The notes beneath the pieces were generated by a model. That model saw only the letters and a list, made by a program, of their open reading frames with translations, was not told where the DNA came from and ran no database searches. DNA of 64,000 nt from Nitrospirota bacterium (GTDB lineage: Bacteria > Nitrospirota > Nitrospiria > Nitrospirales > Nitrospiraceae), in contig CAVPBK010000002.1 of assembly GCA_963701855.1 (NCBI GenBank), positions 1 through 64,000 on the forward strand. The letters run 5' to 3'. Numbering within the stretch: position 1 is the first letter of the stretch; each line of letters begins with the position of its first letter. Below, piece by piece: positions 42,982-51,088 of this stretch. The translations under genes and the position numbers were made by a program.

Positions 42982-43740
42982 ATGAAGCAGCCTTCCTCTC
43001 CATCATCTGAAACCTCGCGCCTGGCGCCTCACACGGCTCTCGTGATCTTCGCTAAGGCTCCGATCCCTGGCGAGGTGAAGACGCGGCTCTGCCCGCCGCT
43101 GACGCCTGACGAGGCAGCCACCCTGCACGGTAGCTTCGTCCTCGACATGTTGGAACGGACCAAACTCGCTGTTGCAAAACTTCAACTCCCCTTTCATCGG
43201 TACCTGGCCTGTGCGCCTTCTTCCGAGCTGGTGTTTTTCAAAATTATGGAAGAACGACAGGGCGTCCGCCTGTTGGATCAAGTAGGAGAGAATCTGGGCC
43301 AGCGGATGCACCGCACTTTTGTCGACTTATTCGCCAAAGGCTATACGCAAGTGATCATCGTGGGGACCGATGTCCCAACCTTGCCCATGACGGTCTATCA
43401 AGAGGCGTTCGCGATATTGGGCCGCTCAGGTGTGGTCTTGGGGCCAGCCCTTGATGGAGGGTACTACCTGATTGGCCTCACGCAGCCAGCAGAACAACTC
43501 TTTACCGGGGTACCCTGGTCCACCGATCAAGTCCTCGCCGTCACACAACAACAGGCCAAGATGCTGGGTTTGTCTATCGAACTCACCACCGCATGGCGCG
43601 ACGTGGATACGATCGCAGACTTGCAGGCGCTCATCACAGAGTGCCGAGAAGACGACAAGAAGCCCAGGCAAGACCGGACCTTCTCCATGCGAACAGCCGG
43701 CACATTGCAGCTGCTCGAGACTAGACTCAAAACTCGATAA
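42982..43740 (+). CDS. TIGR04282/DUF2064-type transferase (CofC-like fold)
   Basis: IFAKAPIPGEVKTRL, NLGQRM, IVGTDVP, LGPALDGGYYLIG, WST, DVDT..DL. Confidence 0.9.
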   Translation: MKQPSSPSSETSRLAPHTALVIFAKAPIPGEVKTRLCPPLTPDEAATLHGSFVLDMLERTKLAVAKLQLPFHRYLACAPSSELVFFKIMEERQGVRLLDQVGENLGQRMHRTFVDLFAKGYTQVIIVGTDVPTLPMTVYQEAFAILGRSGVVLGPALDGGYYLIGLTQPAEQLFTGVPWSTDQVLAVTQQQAKMLGLSIELTTAWRDVDTIADLQALITECREDDKKPRQDRTFSMRTAGTLQLLETRLKTR

Positions 43741-43780
43741 GATAGACAATCAATTACACCAACCACGGAAGGGATCATCT

Positions 43781-44515
43781 ATGGCAGAGCGAGTGGCCCT
43801 CATTACTGGTGGGGCCAGAGGTATCGGACGTGGGATCGCACTCGACCTGGCGGCACAACAGTGGTCGGTCGCCATCTGCTACCGAACGAGCGAAGCAGAA
43901 GCAAGAGCCACAGCCGACGCCATCACCAGCCATGGAGGTCGTGCGCTCTCGATTCGCTGTGACGTGTCGGACCCCCTAGCGGCCAAAGGCCTCGTGGCCC
44001 AAGTCGAACAGCAGTGGGGACGGATCGATGCGCTGATCAACGGCGCAGGACCATACCATCGCGTGAACCTGTTCGACGAAACGGTCGAGGGCTGGAACGA
44101 GATGTTCAACGGCAACCTCCATCCCATTTTCTATCTCGCCAAAGCAGTGGCACCGGGAATGAAAGCTCGCAAATCCGGGCGCATCATCAGCTTCAGCATG
44201 GCCAACGCCGATCAAATGGTATCTCAGCCGGACGTCACGGCCCATTACATCGCCAAGGCCGGCGTCTTGATTTTGACTCGCACGCTGGCCAAACTCCTGG
44301 CGCCTCATGGCATTACCGTCAATGCGATCTCGCCCGGCTTCATCGATTCAGGCAGCGCGCCGCCGGGAGAATTAGCCGGCATGACTAAGCGCATCCCCGC
44401 CGGGTACATCGGAACCGTAGACGATACCGTAGCTGCCGTACGCTATCTTCTCAGCGACGAAGCCCGATACGTAAATGGAGCAAACATCCAAGTCAGCGGT
44501 GGCTGGGGAATATGA
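43781..44515 (+). CDS. Short-chain dehydrogenase/reductase
   Basis: TGGARGIG, NGAG, HYIAK (YxxxK-like), VNAISPG. Confidence 0.92.
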   Translation: MAERVALITGGARGIGRGIALDLAAQQWSVAICYRTSEAEARATADAITSHGGRALSIRCDVSDPLAAKGLVAQVEQQWGRIDALINGAGPYHRVNLFDETVEGWNEMFNGNLHPIFYLAKAVAPGMKARKSGRIISFSMANADQMVSQPDVTAHYIAKAGVLILTRTLAKLLAPHGITVNAISPGFIDSGSAPPGELAGMTKRIPAGYIGTVDDTVAAVRYLLSDEARYVNGANIQVSGGWGI

Positions 44516-44521
44516 AGGGTA

Positions 44522-44605
44522 GCCTGAGGTGCCCTTCTTGCTCGCAGAACGCGCACATTCAGAAAGTGCTCGTTCGATGCGCGCAGTCAAAGGGCACTTC
44601 AGGCC
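44522..44605 (-). repeat. Family-A hairpin (core 44539-44585, reverse)
   Basis: Outer stem gcctgaggtgccctt/aagggcacttcaggc around the core. Confidence 0.85.
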
Positions 44606-44660
44606 ACTCTCTGGATGGAGTAAGGAGAAGCGACAAAGAGAAAGACTTGAAGGAGGCATC

Positions 44661-45065
44661 ATGAAAACAGAACAGGAACGGACTGCACACGCTCGGTTTG
44701 TCCAGGCCTTACAGCACGAACATCTGACGTGTGCCAAGCCTGGATGCGGCGGAGCGATGGACATCACCGACCACACCCCCCACCTCGCCCATATCAAGAC
44801 TTACGAAGCGGAATGCAAACAATGTCATACGAAGGAGCAGATTACCGGCAAAGAACAGCCGACCCCACCATGGGACAGCGCCTCGATCACGATGATGGCT
44901 GAAGTCCATCTCCTCCACGATCAACCCACATGCCCATTCGACGACACCCCCATCACCTTCACCTCCATGCCGAATCCCCGACGCAAAGCCCGTTACCGCC
45001 TCTCCTGCTTCTACTGCGGCCGCCACGCTGAACTGAATTGGCCGCCGGCGGAAGCAAAGAGGTGA
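44661..45065 (+). CDS. Hypothetical double zinc-ribbon protein
   Basis: CAKPGC, CKQC, CPFD, CFYC; AGGAGG RBS. Confidence 0.8.
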   Translation: MKTEQERTAHARFVQALQHEHLTCAKPGCGGAMDITDHTPHLAHIKTYEAECKQCHTKEQITGKEQPTPPWDSASITMMAEVHLLHDQPTCPFDDTPITFTSMPNPRRKARYRLSCFYCGRHAELNWPPAEAKR

Positions 45066-45094
45066 GGGGAGGCGGGGCAAGCATGTTGATTCTT

Positions 45095-45141
45095 TGCTCC
45101 AGGAACGCGCGCCCTGAGAAGGGCCGCGTTCGACGGCCGCA
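45095..45141 (-). repeat. Family-A hairpin core (reverse)
   Basis: tgctccaggaacgcgc...gcgttcgacggccgca. Confidence 0.75.
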
Positions 45142-45233
45142 GTAGAACCAATCATGGGTGTCGTTCCGAGAGAGAAAACACAAGCGAGCTTGGAGGGAGC
45201 ACTAACATTTTCTCGACACCCGATTTTTGCAAA

Positions 45234-45638
45234 CTACCGGACATTGGTGATCACAGCCCGATCATTGCGTCGTTCGAGATCGATAGTCAGGCCCGTCCCA
45301 GCCGGCTTTTCCACTATGAATGTTTGAGGAGTCTCGACAAAGCGCGCATGGTACGACGTGCTGTGGCTGGATACGGTATTGCCGGTAGCATTGTCACACC
45401 AGATAATCAGCGCTCCCACCTTATCAAGCTGTACTTTATATGGTCCAATACATTCGCCAGATTTCGACGGCTGGTTATGCTGAACACTGTACGTGGCACC
45501 GGCCTCACGACCCAAGCGCTCCGTGCCTGCCTCAAGATCGTAGGCTAACCGCGTCGCAGGATCGGTAGCAACATCACAGCCTGTCAAAGTAATGAATGAA
45601 ATGAAAAGCAGCAGCCAATGTGAACTAAGTCTATTCAT
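45234..45638 (-). CDS. Hypothetical lipoprotein (inserted single gene)
   Basis: LTGC lipobox; 134 aa. Confidence 0.75.
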   Translation of the reverse strand: MNRLSSHWLLLFISFITLTGCDVATDPATRLAYDLEAGTERLGREAGATYSVQHNQPSKSGECIGPYKVQLDKVGALIIWCDNATGNTVSSHSTSYHARFVETPQTFIVEKPAGTGLTIDLERRNDRAVITNVR

Positions 45639-45834
45639 GTGCTATTCCGGGTCTGCTATGAGGGATTAATGTAGATGTCTGTGACGAATGCGGCCGTCTA
45701 ATCTGATCCGGGCCGTCGATGGTTTCTAGCAATTAAATGGAAGTGTCACGTCAAGCAACGACCCCGTCTCACAATCGTTCCTCCATAATAGTGTGCTGCA
45801 CTCAGCTCAGATATTGGTTCCTGACATATTTTTC

Positions 45835-46208
45835 CTCGGTTTGTGCAAGCCTTGCAACATGAACATCTAACCTGTGCCCAGCCCGGATGTGGCGGGGCAC
45901 AGGACGTCACCGACCACACCCCCCATCTCGCTCGTATCAAGACTTACGAAGCGGAGTGCAAACAATGTCATACGAAGGAGCAAATTACCGGCAAAGAACA
46001 GCCGACCCCGCCATGGGACAGCGCCTCGATCACGATGATGGCCGAAGTCCATCTCCTCCACGATCAACCCACTTGCCCCTTCGCTGACACCACCCATCGC
46101 CTTTACCTCCATGCCAAACCCCAGACACAAGGCCCGCTATCGCCTCTCCTGCTTCTACTGCGGCCGTCACCCTGAACTGAATTGGCCGCCGGCGGAAGCA
46201 AAAAGTAG
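45835..46208 (+). pseudogene. 5'-truncated, frameshifted second copy of the zinc-ribbon gene at 44661
   Basis: Colinear with ~44692-45065; +1 indel near 46090; lacks the first ~11 codons. Confidence 0.9.
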
Positions 46209-46234
46209 AGGGGATGGAGCCTGATGATCTCCTG

Positions 46235-46281
46235 TGCTCGCGCAACGCGCGGCCTCAGAAGGCCCTCGTTGGACGCGCGCA
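46235..46281 (-). repeat. Family-A hairpin core (reverse, CAACG variant)
   Basis: tgctcgcgcaacgcgcggcctcagaaggccctcgttggacgcgcgca. Confidence 0.8.
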
Positions 46282-46480
46282 GTGAGAGAATGACCAGACC
46301 GGCCCTGAGAAAAAGTAGAATGTCCTTGTGTTTTCACCCAAGTGCGGAATACCTCCGTGCAGTAAGTTCTGCTGAGAAGTATCTACTTCTTGCAAGAATC
46401 CCCAAATCCCATACACTCGGGTCTGTGCCCTCCTCAGGAATCTTCACTTTACGCGTAAAATACAGATTGGAGCGTTCATC

Positions 46481-47026
46481 ATGAGCACCCAGTTTTCTGT
46501 AGTGCCGAACACCATCAAGGGCCTCACGCAAGCAATCACAGAGGAGTGGCAGCGTCTTCTGGTTATAACCATACTGGCGCTTGTAGTTACCGGTTGTGCG
46601 ACTGGTCACGTAACTCAAGTATCTGACGCAAAGGTTAGTGGTCCCAAAGTCATCGCCCTTGATGCCCCAAGTGCACCCTGGGTAATAGAAATTCAGAATC
46701 GGCTTAAGCAGTCTGGGTTCAAAGTATTACGATGGAGTTCGCGGGTACGCGTAACAGAACAGACTGAGAAAGATCGTCTTGAGCAGTACAACAAGGCTGA
46801 GGCTAGATATGTTTTGGTAATAAATGGGTTTGCCCCATATGACTGGGCTAATCGGTGTTTTGGTGGAGGCTACAGGTTCAGCACCATCAGTGTTGACTTG
46901 GTTGATGTTCAGACCAACGAAACAATACTCAATATAAATGGCTCTGGGTACTCTGAGCATTGCCCGCCATTGAGTGGGTCTATATTTCAAGATATCACTG
47001 ATGCTGTACAACGTGCATGGCAGTAA
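46481..47026 (+). CDS. Hypothetical lipoprotein (AT-richer insert; start uncertain)
   Basis: VTGC lipobox; SVDLVDVQTNETI; followed by a strong hairpin. Confidence 0.7.
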   Translation: MSTQFSVVPNTIKGLTQAITEEWQRLLVITILALVVTGCATGHVTQVSDAKVSGPKVIALDAPSAPWVIEIQNRLKQSGFKVLRWSSRVRVTEQTEKDRLEQYNKAEARYVLVINGFAPYDWANRCFGGGYRFSTISVDLVDVQTNETILNINGSGYSEHCPPLSGSIFQDITDAVQRAWQ

Positions 47027-47057
47027 CTGCTGCCTGAGTTAGAACTCAAGCAGCAGT
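47026..47057 (+). terminator. Hairpin after the lipoprotein gene
   Basis: actgctgcctgagt-taga-actcaagcagcagt. Confidence 0.6.
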
Positions 47058-47253
47058 ACAGAAGCCATTTCCAGCGTTTGGGCTCAATAATCGCGCCTAC
47101 TGCACCACATCCACCTGAAGGCTCGACGTGTCTGTCGTACTCACGCATGATCATTTTAGGAGAAAACACACTCATGGGAATTAAAGAAGACCGAGAAGAT
47201 TTTAACCAATCGGGACTCCGGGGCCTATTGAGACGACTCATGCGGCAGGAAAC

Positions 47254-47318
47254 GGGGACATTCTGAATTTTTTCTCGTAGCAGCTCACGTCACATGTCAA
47301 GAAAACCAGAATGTCCCC
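47254..47318. repeat. REP-like inverted pair GGGGACATTCT...AGAATGTCCCC (half copy at ~46317-46325)
   Basis: Perfect 11-bp inverted repeat; abuts the truncated antitoxin remnant. Confidence 0.6.
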
Positions 47319-47325
47319 TTAATTT

Positions 47326-47424
47326 ATCCCGCGCAACCTGGGCCATGCCCTTAGCGCGGGCAATATCGCCCAGTGCTTTAGCGATAAAAGCGGCATCGCC
47401 ATTGGCTTCCTCCAGGCACGCCTC
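47326..47424 (-). pseudogene. Internal fragment of an HI1420-type addiction-module antidote gene
   Basis: Translates EACLEEANGDAAFIAKALGDIARAKGMAQVARD, typical of this HTH antitoxin family. Confidence 0.7.
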
Positions 47425-47452
47425 CTAACCAAAATTATTCATGAGCGAGGAC

Positions 47453-47740
47453 CTAGCCCCGCTCACTGAGTCTCTGTAGGATGTCTTCGTACACTGTTTT
47501 GCGGTGCCGAATTCCTAGAATCCACACCGCATTCTCTTCGATCTTGTACACGACCCGATAGTCCCTTACGCGAAGCTTCCAGTAGCCTCTCAGGGTTTTT
47601 CGGAGCGGGGCCCCGTACTGGTGGGGAGCGTGAGTCAGTCGCGACTCGATTGCACCAGCTATTCTCCGATGGAGATTTTTTGGAATGCGAGGAATGTCTT
47701 CATCGGCAATGGCGGGATGGTATCGAAGCTCGAAGGGCAC
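47453..47740 (-). CDS. Type II toxin, RelE/ParE family
   Basis: YGAPLRKTLRGYWKLRVRDYRVVYKI...ILGIRHRKTVY. Confidence 0.9.
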   Translation of the reverse strand: MPFELRYHPAIADEDIPRIPKNLHRRIAGAIESRLTHAPHQYGAPLRKTLRGYWKLRVRDYRVVYKIEENAVWILGIRHRKTVYEDILQRLSERG

Positions 47741-47743
47741 TTA

Positions 47744-47933
47744 ACCCTCATTGTTCATGAAAGTTTCTGCTGCAATCGCCGATCCGCTGCTACAACGAAC
47801 CTCCGGCCGGCGGGCTCGCCCCTCGGATTCTCACCGTACTGCACAAGTACGCATCGGATCCTCACGGCTCCGCGCGCCGGTCTCGCGACGCGGCTCAGCG
47901 ATTTCGCGACGAACCGTCATGAATAATGCGGGT
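47744..47933. mobile_element. 190-bp MITE (family M) with TA target duplication between antitoxin and toxin
   Basis: TA|accctcattgttcatga...tcatgaataatgcgggt|TA; removal restores TAA-GTG juxtaposition. Confidence 0.82.
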
Positions 47934-48181
47934 TAACGTCTCGATCGCTTGAGATGCGCCCATGTTTGCGAATGCGTCATGGCCTTGCTACGGTCGAGCG
48001 TCTGCTCTCGATCTTTTGCCAAATCGGCAAGCGACCGGTCCTCTTCTGCTTCCAGCGCATCTTTGACGAGATCCCTCACTTTGAGCGACAGCGAGACGCC
48101 ATCTCGCTTAGCCCAGCGGCGGAGCCCTTCGTAGACCGGCTCTTCCAGGACGACATTGACGCGAGGATTGGTGGTAGGCAT
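47933..48181 (-). CDS. Ribbon-helix-helix antitoxin (RelB/CopG-like)
   Basis: MPTTNPRVNVVLE...AKRDGVSLSLKVRDLVKDALEAEED; directly upstream of relE. Confidence 0.85.
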   Translation of the reverse strand: MPTTNPRVNVVLEEPVYEGLRRWAKRDGVSLSLKVRDLVKDALEAEEDRSLADLAKDREQTLDRSKAMTHSQTWAHLKRSRR

Positions 48182-48283
48182 GGTGTTCTCACCTCGGGTT
48201 TTACGTGCCGGAAGAAGTGTACCACATGTGATGGACCTCGCCAAGACAGAAGTGTGGGACAAGCTTGCCAGATTTCTCGCCTT

Positions 48284-48507
48284 GGAAGGGCACCTATGTT
48301 GGTCTACATGCGGCCGTCGAACAAGCACATTCTTATCGTGCGCGTCGGGAGCACAGGACCAACGTGGGTGCCTTCCCTTCCCTCCCCTCTCCCAAGCCGC
48401 TGAGTGATAAAATAACGAGGGCGTCTGTCGAGCTCTCGATTGCGCGCGTCCAACGAGGGCCTTCGGAGGCCGCGCGTTGCGCGAGCAGGAGAGTTTGGCA
48501 GACGCCC
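48284..48507 (+). repeat. Two family-A hairpins (cores ~48309-48353 and 48441-48487)
   Basis: Each core is enclosed by its own unrelated outer stem. Confidence 0.82.
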
Positions 48508-48532
48508 TTCTTACTCTTTCTTTTCGACTGCT

Positions 48533-48856
48533 CTATTTCCCGAATGCTTTTTTCAGCAGCGGCTCTATCTCCCCTTTGGCCGCCATTGGATCGAGGATGT
48601 CGGTATCGCCGTAGAACTGTCCGTCGATGAACACCTTGGGGAGGGTCGGCCAGTTAGTCATTTTTGCGAGCGCCTCTCGCTTGGTGGGTTGAGACAGGAC
48701 GTCAATAAGTTCATACGGGTACCCATACTTGTCGAAAAACTGCATCGTCTCTCTCGTGAACCCACACATCGGCATCAGTTTGGTGCCCTTGCCGTAGATC
48801 AAAATCTTGTGCGCGGCGACTTCCTTGTTAATTTCTTCTTGAATGGGATCTGCCAT
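48533..48856 (-). CDS. grxD: Monothiol glutaredoxin
   Basis: KGT..PMCGFT, NWPTLPKVFIDG.F.G..D. Confidence 0.9.
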   Translation of the reverse strand: MADPIQEEINKEVAAHKILIYGKGTKLMPMCGFTRETMQFFDKYGYPYELIDVLSQPTKREALAKMTNWPTLPKVFIDGQFYGDTDILDPMAAKGEIEPLLKKAFGK

Positions 48857-48867
48857 GGGTTGGCCTC

Positions 48868-49107
48868 CTAGGTTTCATCTGTGGTTTTAGCTGTAATTTC
48901 AAGCGCGTGAATCCGCCCATCTTTTAATGGGCCATCCAACGCCTGATAGACCAGGCGATGCCGATCCAGCAGATTCTTCCCTACGAAGGCTGCCGAGATC
49001 ACCACCACTTTGAGATGATTCATCGTACCGGTCCGATCCGAGACCGTGACTGCGGCATCCGGCATCATCTGGCGCACATATTCTGTCAGTACATCCGGCG
49101 TAATCAT
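48868..49107 (-). CDS. BolA family protein
   Basis: HLKVVVISAAFVGKNLLDRHRLVY...IHALEI. Confidence 0.92.
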   Translation of the reverse strand: MITPDVLTEYVRQMMPDAAVTVSDRTGTMNHLKVVVISAAFVGKNLLDRHRLVYQALDGPLKDGRIHALEITAKTTDET

Positions 49108-49415
49108 ACCCCCTCCGATCTCATTTCATTATCAGAATACTCCAGCCTCAGACCCAAAGGCAATTCGCAGTTTGTCTGGTCTATCTGGTCTGTTTGGTCT
49201 GACTGGTCAATCTGGTTGGACGAGATTAACCAGATAAACCAGACAAACGAGATAGCCCAGATAGACCGCCGGTTCTGCGCATCACCCACACGGCCTCCGT
49301 CGCTGGTGGTGGATTTCAGCCCAGGCTGGTGGATAGCCACCACGCCTGCCTTCATCGCGTCACGTCAAAACACCGGTTTGCTGGGAAACTTCAGCCATTA
49401 TCTTATTAGCCATGC

Positions 49416-49430
49416 TGGCACAAGCATTGC
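49416..49430 (+). promoter_or_regulatory. Sigma54 (-24/-12) promoter
   Basis: TGGCAC-aagca-TTGC, ~70 nt upstream of the response regulator ATG. Confidence 0.72.
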
Positions 49431-49502
49431 GCTTAGTTAGGACAAGAAAAGGGGAGCCGATCATGATGCAACTATATCTACCTATCAACCAAGGAGGGTG
49501 CC

Positions 49503-49937
49503 ATGGATGAGTTCAAGTCTGGGTTTTTTGTCGGGGGAGAGGCCTGCGAAGGACGGGTGCTCGTGGTAGACGACGAGCCCGATATTCGGAAAGTCGTGAA
49601 GATGACTCTGCAGAAGGCCGGCTATGAAGTCCTTGAAGCGGAAAACGGTGAGAAGGCGATTGAGGTTATCAATTCTGGCGAAAACCGGCTCCTGCTCGAC
49701 GTCGTTATCTGCGATATTCGTATGCCAAAAATCAATGGAGCCGAAGCCGTCGCCTACTTCCGAAGTAATTACCCTCGCGTCCCGCTCATCGTGCTGACCG
49801 GCTTCCCGGATACCGATATGGCGACCTCCTTCCTCCGGCAGGGCGTGGTGGATTATCTCGTTAAGCCGGTCGAAGGAGAGAAGTTGAGAGCAGCCGTCTC
49901 GCGAGCGATAGAGCAGCGGGAGCTGGCACGGCTGTGA
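49503..49937 (+). CDS. Single-domain response regulator
   Basis: VLVVDDE, CDIRMP, LTG, YLVKP. Confidence 0.93.
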   Translation: MDEFKSGFFVGGEACEGRVLVVDDEPDIRKVVKMTLQKAGYEVLEAENGEKAIEVINSGENRLLLDVVICDIRMPKINGAEAVAYFRSNYPRVPLIVLTGFPDTDMATSFLRQGVVDYLVKPVEGEKLRAAVSRAIEQRELARL

Positions 49938-50035
49938 CTACGGACCTCAACCCTCTCTGTGCCGGGGAGAGGCAGGTTCCCCCCTGCCCTCATCGGCACA
50001 GAGAGCCACAACCCTGCAACACTGAGGTCGTCTGA

Positions 50036-51088
50036 ATGGAACGTTCCGACCATACCAAGGTCGCCATTCTGGGAGCAGGTCGCGGCGGCTGCGCGCTGTT
50101 AGATCTGCTGCACCACATCCCGTCGATTAAGATCGTCGGCATTGCAGACCGTAATCCTGCTGCCCCAGGACTGCAACGCGCGCGTGAGCTTCAGATTCCC
50201 GTCACCACTGATATGCCGGACCTGATCGGCAACCATGGCGCGAGCCTGATTATGGATGTCACGGGCGATCCGGAGATGGAGACGTATCTGCATGCCAATA
50301 AACCTCCTACCGCAAACATCCTCAGCGGATCAGCCTCCCGGCTGATGTGGAACCTGATTCAGCATGAGTCAAAGCTCGAAGCCGAGCTCCTCCAGTCGGA
50401 AAAGCTTGCGGGAATCGGCTCATTTGCTGCGGGAATCGCGCATGATATCAACAACCCCCTGCAACTCATTTTGGGCCTGGCAGAAAACCTGGCGGAGGAA
50501 TGCGACTTAGCCGTTGTCCACGAACAAGCCCGGGACATTATTGAAGCCGTCAAACGGACCAGTGCCATCTGTCGGGATCTCACCCGCTACTCACGGCGCG
50601 CATCCCCTCACGAGGATGTGCTCGTGTCTATCAACGAAAAGCTGGACGAGGCGCTGAAAATCGCACGTTACGCGGTAAGTTTCCATGATATTGAGATGAT
50701 CAAACAGTACCAGCCGGGCGCCGCTGTCAAAGGCAACCCGGATGAGTTACTGCACGTTCTCGTCAACCTCATCACCAATGCGGTCCATGCCATGGAGCTC
50801 GTTGGCGGCACACTGACGCTTGAGACCGCACTTCGTGACGGACATGTCGACATCCGAATCTCCGATACGGGATCCGGTATCCCCCCGGACAAAATCCAGG
50901 AGATTTTCGACCCATTCTTCACGACGAAGGCTCCAGGAAAAGGTACCGGGCTGGGACTCTATAACGTCAAAACCATCGTCAACAATATGCACGGCACGAT
51001 TGCTGTCGACAGTCAGGTCGATAAGGGAACGACCTTTACCTTGACGTTTTCGAACGCCGAGCCCGCCGGGCAAGGATGTCTGTCATGA
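50036..51088 (+). CDS. Cytoplasmic histidine kinase with N-terminal Rossmann-fold domain
   Basis: [39 protein letters not shown]. Confidence 0.9.
   Translation: MERSDHTKVAILGAGRGGCALLDLLHHIPSIKIVGIADRNPAAPGLQRARELQIPVTTDMPDLIGNHGASLIMDVTGDPEMETYLHANKPPTANILSGSASRLMWNLIQHESKLEAELLQSEKLAGIGSFAAGIAHDINNPLQLILGLAENLAEECDLAVVHEQARDIIEAVKRTSAICRDLTRYSRRASPHEDVLVSINEKLDEALKIARYAVSFHDIEMIKQYQPGAAVKGNPDELLHVLVNLITNAVHAMELVGGTLTLETALRDGHVDIRISDTGSGIPPDKIQEIFDPFFTTKAPGKGTGLGLYNVKTIVNNMHGTIAVDSQVDKGTTFTLTFSNAEPAGQGCLS

Noticed and set aside
43472..43780. 103-aa N-terminal extension of the SDR ORF
   Set aside because: It overlaps the upstream transferase in another frame; the SDR fold begins at ATG 43781.
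45200..47330. Integron cassette array
   Set aside because: No intI, no RYYYAAC...GTTRRRY attC cores found, and the inserted genes are in opposite orientations.
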